From: an uncultured Verrucomicrobiae bacterium
GTDB lineage: Bacteria > Chlamydiota > Chlamydiia > Chlamydiales > Rhabdochlamydiaceae
Length of the DNA stretch: 64,000 nucleotides
NCBI GenBank assembly: GCA_963813135.1
Contig: CAWEXY010000018.1
Span: 31,509-95,508, forward strand
Direction of reading: 5' to 3'
Made by a program: the position numbers and the translations under genes
In this document: piece after piece, positions 1-13,300 of the stretch
Position numbering within the stretch: the first letter of the stretch is position 1
Layout of the letters: every line of letters starts with the position of its first letter
The notes under the pieces: model-generated
Database searches by the model: none
What the model was told of the DNA's origin: nothing
Seen by the model: only the letters and a program-made list of their open reading frames with translations

Positions 1-1022
1 ATGCCCTTGTCGAGAGCGAGCATGTTGCAGCCGAATGTGACTTGGACATCGGTGAATTTGTAGAGCTGGTTGATGGTCACGTCGGGGATTTCATTGCGCT
101 TGAGATCGAGGACGATGCGCATGCCGTCTTTGTCGGACTCATCGCGGATATCGGCGACGCCCGTGATCGTTTTTTCATTGATGAGGTCGGCGATGCGCTT
201 GATGAGCATCGATTTGTTGACGTTATAGGGAATCTCGTCGATGACGACGCTCTGGCGATCGCCTTCTTTGTCTTCGACGTGGAGAACACCGCGGAGGAGG
301 AGCTTGCCGCGGCCCGTGTGGTAGGCTTCTTTGATGCCACGGTAGCCGCAGATCACGGCGCCGGTCGGGAAGTCCGGGGCGGGCATGACTTGCATGATGT
401 CGTCGATCGAACAGGCGGGGTTGTCGTTGACGAGCATCGTTGCGGCGATGAGTTCTTCGAGGTTGTGGGGAGGGATGTTGGTCGCCATGCCCACGGCAAT
501 GCCAGATGATCCATTGCAGAGAAGGTTCGGGAATTTTGCGGGGAAAACGGTGGGCTCGAGTTTGGTCTCGTCGTAGTTGGGGACGAGATCGACGGTGTCT
601 TTCTCGAGGTCTTCCATGAGAGCGACGGAAGAGTGGGTCATGCGCGCTTCCGTGTAACGCATCGCAGCGGGAGCATCGCCGTCGACCGAGCCGAAGTTAC
701 CTTGGCCGTCGACGAGTTTATAGCGCATCATCCAGTCTTGGGCGAGGCGAACGAGGGTCGGGTAGATCACGCTTTCGCCGTGGGGGTGGAAGTCTCCTGA
801 GGTGTCGCCGCAGATTTTAGCGCACTTACGGTGTTTTCCGCCGGGGCTGAGGTTCAACTGGCGCATCGCATAGAGGATGCGGCGCTGCGAGGGTTTTAAG
901 CCGTCGCGGACATCAGGAAGTGCCCGGGAAATGATGACCGACATGGAGTAACGGAGGTAGCTTTCCTTGACCTCTTCTTCGACATTGCGTGGAACAATCG
1001 TATCGTCTTTCGTATAGGACAT
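1..1022 (-). CDS. gyrA: DNA gyrase subunit A (5' part; runs off window)
   Basis: Manual translation from ATG at 1022: MSYTKDDTIVPRNVEEEVKESYLRYSMSVIISRALPDVRDGLKPSQRRILYAM...GDFHPHGES, the canonical GyrA N-terminus; directly downstream of gyrB. Confidence 0.97.
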   Translation of the reverse strand, partial: MSYTKDDTIVPRNVEEEVKESYLRYSMSVIISRALPDVRDGLKPSQRRILYAMRQLNLSPGGKHRKCAKICGDTSGDFHPHGESVIYPTLVRLAQDWMMRYKLVDGQGNFGSVDGDAPAAMRYTEARMTHSSVALMEDLEKDTVDLVPNYDETKLEPTVFPAKFPNLLCNGSSGIAVGMATNIPPHNLEELIAATMLVNDNPACSIDDIMQVMPAPDFPTGAVICGYRGIKEAYHTGRGKLLLRGVLHVEDKEGDRQSVVIDEIPYNVNKSMLIKRIADLINEKTITGVADIRDESDKDGMRIVLDLKRNEIPDVTINQLYKFTDVQVTFGCNMLALDKG

Positions 1023-1029
1023 AGTTACC

Positions 1030-3806
<2,777 letters not shown>

Positions 3807-3918
3807 ACAAAACTCAAGTATATTTGGAAAGAGCCAAAATTTCAAGGAGCAAAAAGGGGTAGAATCTAACAAAACATGACAACTCTCAGCGAACTTTCGG
3901 GTTGCTTTAAATATAAAA

Positions 3919-4230
3919 TTGAGCACAATGTCAATGTCAATATTTACCTATAATATGTTTACCAACCGTGGTTCCTTTTATGCAGATAACATAAATATGG
4001 AAGGAACGATTTTAGCTCTTAATTTCGGAATTATTTCTGCAGGCAACATTCAGCCTGCATTCGCCTACAGCCCTGTTCGTTCTTCGATTTTGCCTTTCGA
4101 TGCAGTCATTTTAAGCATCTTAGGCGGACTCTGTGCGAGCAATCCCGCGATGGGAGCTGCTGTAGGAGCTACAATGGCAGTTACAGATAGGATATTTTGT
4201 CCGGCAATTAATAATATTTTGCCTGGATGA
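3919..4230 (+). CDS. small hydrophobic hypothetical protein (frame stays open past the TGA to 4347)
   Basis: ORF with hydrophobic segments; start uncertain (ATG 3997 plausible). Confidence 0.35.
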   Translation: MSTMSMSIFTYNMFTNRGSFYADNINMEGTILALNFGIISAGNIQPAFAYSPVRSSILPFDAVILSILGGLCASNPAMGAAVGATMAVTDRIFCPAINNILPG

Positions 4231-4369
4231 TGTAATAACGTTATGGGCATACCTTTGGGCTTGAAGAATATTACTTTATTAGGACTTTCAATGGCATCAG
4301 CTGTTACGATCGTACAACTTGTTTTCAAATATTTTCATCTTAAGTAAATTTGTACAGCAGAATTTGGCC

Positions 4370-5773
4370 TCAAACAAATAAAGCGCTCAAACCCATCGCG
4401 ATTAAGAAATAAATTGACATTGAGAGAAAGTCATTAAAGGCCGTCACGATCGGACCGGAGGCAATCGCCGGATCGACGCCGATGCGCGAGAAAAAGAGGG
4501 GCGACAAGACTCCCAAAAGCGTGCCCGCAAAACAAGCGCCCACCAGCCCTATCCCTACAATCAATCCCACAAAACCGGCATTGATCTCTAGGCCCGTCGC
4601 TCCCAAAAAGTCGAGAAGCCAAACAAGCGCCCCGCTCAAAGCCCCAAAGGTCGTCCCCGTTAATAGGCCCAGAGATAGCTCTTTACGCACCATCTCCCGC
4701 TTATTGCCGAGCGATACCCCGTTCATCGCCATGCTGCGCACCAGCACCGTACTGCACTGAACGCCGATATTGCCCGATAGGCCCGTGATAAGGGGAACAA
4801 AGAAGAGAACAAACGTTAAAATCCCCCCTTCATAGCTTTGGAGGGAAGACATCAGGGCCACATTCACAAGTCCCGCAAAGAGCGTCACGATGAGCCAGGG
4901 CGCGCGCGCAAAAAATCGTTTGAGCAATGGCTCATATTCCCGCACTTTTTCAGCTGTACCGGCCATCTGAGCGATCGTTTGATCGGCGATGTCTTCAATG
5001 GCCTCAATCACATCTTCATAGGTAATGACCCCGACTAGCGTATTGTCATCATTGACAACTGGAAGAGCAGGCAATTTATAGCGCTCGACAATGTCGACAA
5101 CCTCGACGCGGGGCGCATCGGGATGCACTTTGTGGATAATGGGGCGCATGAGCTGAGATAGAGGGACCAAGGGTGGGTTCACGATGAGGTTGCGCTCGGG
5201 GACGTATCCTTGCAAATCGCCCCCAGGGCCCAGAACAAAAATTTGACGATGCAGATCAATTCCGGGCGTCTCACGAATTTTTTTTGCCGCCTCGCCCACC
5301 GTAGCGTCATATTGAAAAGCAAAAAATTCATTGGTCATGAGACGGCCCGCGGTATTGCGATGATGCTTTTTAATCTCCCGGATTTTAGCCGCCTTTCTGC
5401 TTTCAAGAATTTCCAGCAAGCGGCGGAAACGGCGTTCGGACATATCTTCCAATATTTCGACAGCGTCGTCGGGAGGCATTTTTTCAATTAATTTCTTGGC
5501 ATCCTTGTCCGAAATGTGGCGGAAAATGGCCGTGCGGGTGTTGCTGTCGGTATTGGTGATAAAGTCGATTTTCCCCTCTAAATTGAGGAGATTTTCAAAC
5601 AGGATGGGGCGGATATTGGGAGGAAGATGGGAAGCGGCATAGGCCAGGTCAATAGGAGAATGTTCACTCGCTATTTTAGCGATGTCTTGGAGCACCACCT
5701 GCGACGTCGAGGAATGAAAGGCGCTGCCTAATTTTTCTTTTAAAATATCGTCGATGTCCTCGGAATTCGTCAT
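4370..5773 (-). CDS. mgtE: magnesium transporter MgtE
   Basis: MgtE N-domain, CBS pair (TAGRLMT), TM domain with GNIGVQ and DPAIASGPIVTAFND. Confidence 0.95.
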   Translation of the reverse strand: MTNSEDIDDILKEKLGSAFHSSTSQVVLQDIAKIASEHSPIDLAYAASHLPPNIRPILFENLLNLEGKIDFITNTDSNTRTAIFRHISDKDAKKLIEKMPPDDAVEILEDMSERRFRRLLEILESRKAAKIREIKKHHRNTAGRLMTNEFFAFQYDATVGEAAKKIRETPGIDLHRQIFVLGPGGDLQGYVPERNLIVNPPLVPLSQLMRPIIHKVHPDAPRVEVVDIVERYKLPALPVVNDDNTLVGVITYEDVIEAIEDIADQTIAQMAGTAEKVREYEPLLKRFFARAPWLIVTLFAGLVNVALMSSLQSYEGGILTFVLFFVPLITGLSGNIGVQCSTVLVRSMAMNGVSLGNKREMVRKELSLGLLTGTTFGALSGALVWLLDFLGATGLEINAGFVGLIVGIGLVGACFAGTLLGVLSPLFFSRIGVDPAIASGPIVTAFNDFLSMSIYFLIAMGLSALFV

Positions 5774-5840
5774 GGCACCTCTCCTGCGACATACAAATAT
5801 TAGGTGAAGGAATAGTTCTAATCAAGTAATATGGTTCCCC

Positions 5841-6011
5841 ATGTCGTCCCTGATTAAATGCTTTATGGGATGACGGCTTTGAACTTTTGATGAGATTTTG
5901 CGGCCGCCGAGGAAGGCCATATGCGAAGCTGCATATGGCTGACGAGGATGACGCAAAAGGTCGCAAAAGGCGAAGATGGCAGACATAAATGATTAAATGC
6001 AGGGCCGACAT
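5841..6011. mobile_element. palindromic MITE-like element upstream of typA
   Basis: Imperfect terminal IRs ATGTCGTCCCTGATTAAATGCTTTATG / CATAAATGATTAAATGCAGGGCCGACAT and central hairpin GCCATATGC-N6-GCATATGGC; core resembles the element at 47841. Confidence 0.65.
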
Positions 6012-6013
6012 AA

Positions 6014-7822
6014 ATGTATAAACCAGAAAAGATTCGCAACATCGCTATCATCGCTCACATCGACCACGGCAAAACGACCATGCTCGACGCCCTCCTCGCT
6101 CAATCTAAAATCTTCCGCGAGAATGAAAAAGTCCCCGAACGCGCCATGGACAGCTACGATCAGGAAAAAGAGCGCGGCATCACGATCTTTGCGAAACATA
6201 CCAGTCTTTATTTCGACGATTATAAGATCAACATCATCGACACCCCTGGCCACTCCGACTTCTCTGGCGAAGTCGAGCGCGTGCTGGGCATGGTCAACTC
6301 CGTTCTCCTCCTCGTGGACGCCCAAGAAGGCCCGATGCCCCAAACCCGCTTCGTCCTCTCCCAAGCCCTCAAGATGGGCCTGCGCCCCATCGTCGTCCTC
6401 AACAAGATCGACCGGCCGAACGCGAACCCCGACAACGCCCTCAACCTTACGTTCGACCTCTTCGTCGAACTCGGCGCGACCAATGAGCAACTGGATTTCC
6501 CTGTCATTTACGCTTCGGGCCTCGGCGGCTTTGCGATCAAAGAACTGAATGATAAGCGCACCGACATGCGCCCTCTCTTCGAAATGATCATCGAGAGAGT
6601 TCCGGCCCCTCCCGGCAGCCTCGAACTCCCCTTCCTCATGCAAGCGAGCACCCTTTCTTACGACTCCTTCGTCGGGCGCCTTGCCTGCGGCCGCATCCTT
6701 GAAGGAACCATCAAAAAAGGCCAGTCCCTCACACGCGTCGACAAAGACGGCAACCACACCACCCACCGCATCGTCCGTATCGAAGGATATTTGGGCCTGA
6801 ACAAAGTCGAAATGGAAGAAGCCGGCGTTGGCGACATCGTCAACTTGGCGGGCATTCCAGACATCATGATCGGCGACACGATCTGCGACCCTACACAAGT
6901 CGTTCAACTTCCTCCCATTAACCTCTCGGAGCCCACCCTCTCCATTGAAATCTCCGTCAACAACGGCCCCTTTGCTGGGCGCGAGGGCAAACACGTCACG
7001 ATGAATAAGATCCGTGATCGTCTGCTCCAAGAGAAAAAAGCTAACATTTCCCTCAAGATCGAGATGAAGCGCGATGACGCCGTCGAAGTCTGCGGCCGTG
7101 GAGAACTCCACCTCGCCGTTCTGCTCGAAGCGATGCGCCGCGAAGGATATGAGTTCATCATCTCCAAACCGCGCGTCATCATGAAAGATATCGATGGCGT
7201 CCAATCCGAGCCTATGGAAAATGTGCACATTGAAGTTCCCGAACAGTATTCCGGAACCGTCATCGAAGAACTCTCCCGCCGCCGCGGCGAGATGCGCCAT
7301 CTCCAAACGAACGAGCACGGCATCACCACGATGCAGTTTTACACCCCGACACGCGGCCTGATGGGATACCGCAACGACTTCCTGACCGTCACACGCGGCC
7401 TGGGGATCCTCACCTCTATCTTCGATAGCTACGGCCCTTGGAAAGGCCCCATCGAAGGACGCACGCGCGGAGTTCTCGTCTCTGGAAACTCGGGTAAAGT
7501 CACCGGCTACGCCTGCTTCAACCTCCAAGACCGCGGAACCCTCTTTGTCGGACCTGGAACTGAAGTCTATGAAGGGATGATCGTCGGAGAGAACACCCGC
7601 GATAACGATCTCGTCATCAACGTCACGAAAGAAAAGCAGCTCACGAACATCCGCGCAGCGGGCAGCGACGAAAACGTCATTCTCACGCCTCCGCGCCAGT
7701 TCACGCTGGAGCAAGCGATCGACTTTATCAATGAAGACGAAGTGGTCGAGATCACCCCTAAGTCGCTCCGCCTCCGTAAACGCCTTTTAAGCGAGAACGA
7801 GCGCAAGCGCGGCGGCAAGTAA
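6014..7822 (+). CDS. typA: translational GTPase TypA/BipA
   Basis: [38 protein letters not shown]-terminal TPKSLRLRK. Confidence 0.98.
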   Translation: MYKPEKIRNIAIIAHIDHGKTTMLDALLAQSKIFRENEKVPERAMDSYDQEKERGITIFAKHTSLYFDDYKINIIDTPGHSDFSGEVERVLGMVNSVLLLVDAQEGPMPQTRFVLSQALKMGLRPIVVLNKIDRPNANPDNALNLTFDLFVELGATNEQLDFPVIYASGLGGFAIKELNDKRTDMRPLFEMIIERVPAPPGSLELPFLMQASTLSYDSFVGRLACGRILEGTIKKGQSLTRVDKDGNHTTHRIVRIEGYLGLNKVEMEEAGVGDIVNLAGIPDIMIGDTICDPTQVVQLPPINLSEPTLSIEISVNNGPFAGREGKHVTMNKIRDRLLQEKKANISLKIEMKRDDAVEVCGRGELHLAVLLEAMRREGYEFIISKPRVIMKDIDGVQSEPMENVHIEVPEQYSGTVIEELSRRRGEMRHLQTNEHGITTMQFYTPTRGLMGYRNDFLTVTRGLGILTSIFDSYGPWKGPIEGRTRGVLVSGNSGKVTGYACFNLQDRGTLFVGPGTEVYEGMIVGENTRDNDLVINVTKEKQLTNIRAAGSDENVILTPPRQFTLEQAIDFINEDEVVEITPKSLRLRKRLLSENERKRGGK

Positions 7823-7887
7823 ACGTATCTCGTTTTACAATTAATCTTTTTTGTATAAGGTCATAATAAACAGTACCAAGGCTGGTT

Positions 7888-9300
7888 ATGACCAAATATG
7901 TACATCTTATGGCGACTCTAGGACTCTTCGCCGCTCCTTTGAGCATGAGCGCCGAGACGTGGAGCACTCCGGCTCCCATTTCCACATCGGCGCAGGTGTT
8001 CGACGATGTGAGCGTTGCTTACGATCCGGCGACAGGAATAACAGTGGCTGCTTGGGGAGATCAAAACACAACGTTCCCAACGTATTCGATTTACAATCCG
8101 GCTTCTGCAGTCTGGTCTTCACCAGCCGCTCTTCCTGCCGGCACGACTGTGTTACAGGATATTGTTCTTCTCTCCGACGGTATGGGAAACATCTACGCCG
8201 CCTGGGGAGATAACATCAGCGGCCATCCAGATTTTTCCATTTTCAATACCGGGACCTCTATGTGGACAATGCCGGGCTCTATCAGTGCGACTCTAGCTCA
8301 ACGCAATGTTTTTCTGACTTATGATGCCCATAACGCTAATGTCGTTGCAACGTGGACTAATGTAGTTACCAATAATCCTTCCTATGCGAGGTACAACGCT
8401 ATGATGGGGATGTGGACGTCAGGAACTATTACTGCCCTTGGCACGACAAATTCAGATGTTTATGTGGCTTATAATGCGATTACAACTACTCTATTTGCAA
8501 CATGGAAAGATTCGCCAACAGGCAAACCTTTCTATGCCCAATCGGTTGTTAATGAGACAGCGATGTGGCAACCCCCTGCCCAGATCGCAGCAGCACCCCT
8601 TGTACTAGACAATGTTTCCATTGTTTACAATGCAGGCACAGGAGATCTATTAGCAGCTTGGGCTGATTCTAGCGCTCCCCATCATCCTTATTATTCTATT
8701 TACGATCATATCGCGATGACTTGGAGCATACCAGCGCCTATTTCGACCTCTTCCAGCGTTTTCGACGATGTCAATTTGGTCTATCGCGCCGCCACAGGAG
8801 AAATTTTTGCCGCATGGGGCGATTTGGCCAACGGCAATATTCCAACATTTTCGATTTTAAGCGGGGGCTCTTGGAGCCCTGCGGCCACAATTCCCGTATC
8901 TTCCCCGATGACGGCTGCAGTTATGAACTTGTTCTTAACCTATAGCAGCGGCACTAATCAAATAATCACAGCCTATGGTGATTCTATTAACAACGACGAA
9001 CCGACTTTTGCCCTTTATCCCAACAACAACAATATTTCAGGAATTTATGGTCGTCAAACAAGCAACAACTTCGGCATCTTTAGCGAAAGATGCAATACAA
9101 TTTCGTGGCAAGTCACAACCTCTTCGGGAGTATCGGGCTACTTGGTCTACCGCAATGGAGCATTGATCGCATCGCTAGGACCGAATGCAACACAATACGA
9201 AGACCACAATCAGAAAAAAAACACTTCCACAACTTACGCCGTTGCCACGGTCTTTACAAACGGATCTCAAAGCTCAGCAACCACTATAACGATCAAATAA
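7888..9300 (+). CDS. secreted repeat protein (about 7 repeats of ~48 aa, propeller-like) with FN3-like C-terminal domain
   Basis: Signal peptide ending SMSA; recurring WS.PA.I...V...V.L.Y...G...AAW.D.....P.YSI units; C-terminal beta-rich domain with GYLVYRNG...YEDHN...TYAV. Confidence 0.75.
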   Translation: MTKYVHLMATLGLFAAPLSMSAETWSTPAPISTSAQVFDDVSVAYDPATGITVAAWGDQNTTFPTYSIYNPASAVWSSPAALPAGTTVLQDIVLLSDGMGNIYAAWGDNISGHPDFSIFNTGTSMWTMPGSISATLAQRNVFLTYDAHNANVVATWTNVVTNNPSYARYNAMMGMWTSGTITALGTTNSDVYVAYNAITTTLFATWKDSPTGKPFYAQSVVNETAMWQPPAQIAAAPLVLDNVSIVYNAGTGDLLAAWADSSAPHHPYYSIYDHIAMTWSIPAPISTSSSVFDDVNLVYRAATGEIFAAWGDLANGNIPTFSILSGGSWSPAATIPVSSPMTAAVMNLFLTYSSGTNQIITAYGDSINNDEPTFALYPNNNNISGIYGRQTSNNFGIFSERCNTISWQVTTSSGVSGYLVYRNGALIASLGPNATQYEDHNQKKNTSTTYAVATVFTNGSQSSATTITIK

Positions 9301-9303
9301 AAC

Positions 9304-9939
9304 ATGAAAAAAACACCTGTCTATTTTTCCATTGCCTTAACAGCATGGAGCAGCCTTTCAGCAGAACCTGCTGCGGATTCTCAAAATCTGAGCGCTCCTC
9401 CCGAAAAAAGTCCTCCTTATTTGCTGGAAGCAAAAGCGGGCTATTTTAATTTTGGCAGCCAGAAAATGCGAAAAATTTATGACCATGGCGGGCTCGATCT
9501 GCAACTGAGCGGCTCTTTTCCCATCGTTCATAAGTATTGGTATGTCTATGCCAGCGTCGAGTATCTGCAGCGCCACGGAAAGTCCCTAGGAAGCAATCAA
9601 AAAACAGAAATCTACGAAGTTCCATTAAGCTTGGGGATCCGGCCTATTTTTAAAGTCTCATCGGCCGTCGATTATTATTTAACGCTCGGCCCCCGCTATT
9701 TTTTCGTGCACGTTCATAACCATTCCTCTTTTGTCCCCCGCAATAGCAATGAAAATGGCCTCGGCGGTTTTACCAACACTGGCTTTTTATTCCACTGCAC
9801 GCCCGATTTTTTCATCGATATCTTTGGGGAATACTCCTACAAACGCCTCCATTTCCATACCCATAAGAAAAACGTATCTGGTCACACGGTCCAAGTGGGA
9901 GGGTACACGTTCGGCGGCGGCCTGGGTTACCGATTCTAG
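9304..9939 (+). CDS. small outer-membrane beta-barrel protein (about 8 strands)
   Basis: Signal peptide, alternating amphipathic strands, C-terminal GGGLGYRF barrel signature; starts 3 bp after the upstream stop. Confidence 0.8.
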   Translation: MKKTPVYFSIALTAWSSLSAEPAADSQNLSAPPEKSPPYLLEAKAGYFNFGSQKMRKIYDHGGLDLQLSGSFPIVHKYWYVYASVEYLQRHGKSLGSNQKTEIYEVPLSLGIRPIFKVSSAVDYYLTLGPRYFFVHVHNHSSFVPRNSNENGLGGFTNTGFLFHCTPDFFIDIFGEYSYKRLHFHTHKKNVSGHTVQVGGYTFGGGLGYRF

Positions 9940-10049
9940 AAAGCTTTGATCAGCTGGATATCGGCCGCGTACTCGGTGAAGCGGCGGCCATATTCTCCAT
10001 GGTACCCGACGTTATCCCGCGACCCAAATTTCAGCCTGGCCGTCGAAGT
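9936..10049 (-). pseudogene. relic 3' end of an autotransporter paralog
   Basis: Minus-strand translation TSTARLKFGSRDNVGYHGEYGRRFTEYAADIQLIKAF* matches the end of the 10391-14155 protein (TTTARLKFGSRNGVSLELGYHGEYGPRFTEYAGDIQLIKAF*). Confidence 0.85.
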
Positions 10050-10142
10050 AAGATACTTATGCGAAACCCTTTTCGTCGGAGGAAACACTGCAGAAACGAA
10101 AAGACTCTCCGAAATTTCTATTAATTAAGTGCGGTGAGAGTT

Positions 10143-10240
10143 GAAGAACCCCTTCATAAATGAAGGAGATTCTTCGAGGATTTAAGGAATTGACCAACTC
10201 AAGCCCGCCTAACCCACCCCTAAAGGGATGGGATTGCGGC
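10143..10240. mobile_element. pair of IS200/IS605-like end hairpins without a transposase
   Basis: Hairpin GAAGAACCCCTTCAT-AA-ATGAAGGAGATTCTTC and hairpin CCCACCCCTAAAGGGATGGG, resembling subterminal palindromes of Y1-transposase elements. Confidence 0.5.
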
Positions 10241-10390
10241 GTGGCAGATCGTTCAAAATCGAAAAAAAAATTCGTTACATTTAACAGGGCATGGATAATA
10301 TAAGTTTTAAAAGCTTGTTCATTGCCTTTGTGTTCGATGTGGGAGACGGCAAGGAGTGGCTTTTTACTATAACCTCTATGGAATGTGTTT

Positions 10391-13300
10391 ATGGCCTGTG
10401 CTGCTTCAAAAAAGAAAGGGATTTTTCATTCTCTCGTCTGTTTTAGCCTATTAGCAGGCGGACCCGCCCATGCAGCGTCCTTTACCGTTAACACGCTCAA
10501 CGACATAATTAACCCCGTGGTTGGGGAGACCTCTTTACGCCAAGCAATCTTGGGCGCTAATGACAATGGCCAAGCCTCCAATACCATTAGTTTCTCCGTA
10601 GGCGGCACAATCACGCTAGGTACTCCATTGCCTCCGATAGGGCCGTCGATAACGACGATCGATACGATGGGGAATACGATCACATTGAACGGCGGAGGTA
10701 CTTATTCCGGCCTTTTTGCTCTCCCGAATAATCCCGGGCTGACGATCCAAAACACAGGAGGAGGAGGGGCGCCTAGTTTTATTTCTTCTGCGACTGCATC
10801 CATTGGCGGAAACGGTGCGCAAGGTGGAACTGGGGCTGGAGGGGCCTTAGGAGCTGGGGGAGGGATCTTCGTCGGGCCAAACACAAACGTCACAGTCGAT
10901 GGACTTCAGTTCTTGAGTTGTAGGGCCACAGGTGGAAATGGAGGCGCTGCTACCGGAGATGCTGGAGGAGCAGGAGGAGGCGGGATGAGCCATGGCACCG
11001 GGGGAATTGCAGCTGGCCCTGGCAGTGGCGGCGGCGGCGGCGGCGGCTTTGGTGGGGCAGGCGGCACTGGAAACGCTGGGGGTGCGGGTGGGGGTGGAGG
11101 GATCAACTTCGCTGGTGGAGCTGGGGCTGTCGGGCAAGATGCAGGGGGTGGCGGAGGAGGATCTGATTTTCAAAACGGCATAGCTGGAGTTGGTTCACTT
11201 GGGGGTAATGGAGGAGCTGATTTTGCAGGCCATCCCGGAGGAAGCGGCGGAGCCGTTGGAATGCCAGGAACTGCCGGTACTTTTAGCAGCGGCGGAGGAG
11301 GCGGAGGAGGCGACGATTTTGGCAACCCCGGCGCTGGAGGCAATGGAGGTCCGCTCCTTGGAGGCTTTGGAGGACAGGCAGCCCCAGTCGACGTCACCAA
11401 CGCCCCTGGAGGCGGCGGGGTTGGCGGAGGTGGCGGAGGTGAAGCAGCATCAGGAGGGGCCGGAGGATTTTCAGGTGGTGGTGGTGGTGCTGGATTTGCA
11501 GAGAACGGAATAGGCGGCAACGGGGGTTTTGGCGGCGGCGGCGGCGCCGCAGGCTTCGGCGGAGGAACTGGCGGCTTTGGCGGCGGCGGCGGCGGTTCAG
11601 GATCGCAGGGCCATCCGGGAGGGAGCGTTTACGGAGGCGGCAGCGGAGGGCAAGGAGCTCCGTCGGCACCTGGCGGCGGCGGCGGCGGCGCAGCTTTAGG
11701 GTCTGCGATCTTCATCGCTCCTGGGGCAACGCTTACCTTTACAAATATACCTACAATTTCAGGGAGCGTAGCGCCAACGGCAGGCACAGGATCACATGGC
11801 GGAAGCGCCGGCCTGGCTCTCGGCCATGACATTTTTCTAGCTTCTTCCGGGACCATCAACTTCAACTACTCTAGCGGAAATTTCACCATACCCTCTGCAA
11901 TACAGAGCGATCAAGGCGCAGGCGGAGGAAGTACTTCAACGGGCGGATTGGGGATGAATGGCTCAGGGTCTTTAACCCTCTCTGGATTTGCCAATATATA
12001 TACCGGGATTACAACCATCGCGGGAGGAGGCACTATCATCGCCTCAGCAGACAACAATCTTGGTTCTACTACTCATCTTGCCTCATTGTCCCTCAACAAC
12101 GGCACTTTAGATGAGACAACAGGCTTTGCCAGCTCTAGAGTCGTTACGCTGGGATCTGGCGGCGGAACATTTCAAATTGACGCAGGGACGGGCTCCTTGA
12201 GCGGAGGCATTTCTGGATCCGGCGGACTGACCAAGACCGGGGCTGGAATTTTAAGCCTGTTTTCAACAAACAACTATTCCGGCACGACAACGGTGGCCTT
12301 AGGAACGCTTCGAATCAATGCTGTTGCTTCTTATCCTACGGGAGGAAACCTCAACATCACTGGTTCGGGCGCCACTTTTGATATCAGTCCTTCGGCGGGC
12401 GGCATCACGATTGGCGACTTGAACGGGGTCAGCGGGAGCATTGTCACTTTAGGCAGCAACACCCTCACTTTTGGAACTTCAACGGCCTCCACAACCTTTG
12501 CCGGCGGCATCTCCGGCCTAGGCGGCGTCACGAAGCAAGGCAGCGGGACGGCCATCTTCAGCGGCACGAACACTTATAGCGGCCCTACAACAGTGTCCGC
12601 CGGAACGCTCATCGTAAATGGAACGATCCCCAACTCAACCATCACCGTAAGCAGCGGCGCAACTTTGGGCGGGACCGGAACCGTTCAAAATGTCATCCTC
12701 AATGGAACGATCGCGCCTGGCAATTCATCAATCGGAACGATCAACGCTATAAATATTACCTTCAATTCAGGCTCTGATTATGCCCTCGAATTAAATAACA
12801 CTTCGTCCGACCTCATCGCAGCAACAGGAACTGTGACGATCAACTCTGGGTCAAGCTTGACCCTCATTCCACGGGGGTTGACCGCTCCTCAGAGTGCCTA
12901 TACGATCATCACAGCGACCGGCGGTGTTGTCAATGCAGGAGGGTTTGCGCTCTCCAACTCCACTCCGTTCAACTTCAGCGTCGTCTATGACCCCAACGAT
13001 GTGATGCTCGTATTTACAGGAGTAAAACCGTTTAGCCCTTCCGGCACTGCCGGCAAGGTCGCCAACTGCTTCAATCAACTAGCCGCCACCCAAACAGCGA
13101 GCGTAATCGAGATTCTGTACATCCTCAACGCCCAAACTCCAAGCCAGCAGCAAGACTCTTTCAATCAAATGCAGTCGCCCTATTACAACAATATTGCTTT
13201 TGCCCAGGAAAATGTTGCCGAGCGCATAAGGCAGACTTTTACCGATCACCTGTGGGAGCAAATTTTATCCGTATGTCCGCGAGAAAAGGGGTGGAACTTT

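Noticed and set aside
5993..7714. 573-aa minus-strand ORF and similar long antisense ORFs over gyrA/B, menB, menD, yidC, glgX
   Set aside because: Shadow frames of well-conserved genes caused by codon bias
10900..11700. GGC-rich low-complexity tract as a DNA repeat or phase-variable element
   Set aside because: Explained by the Gly-rich autotransporter passenger; frame is intact with mixed Gly codons
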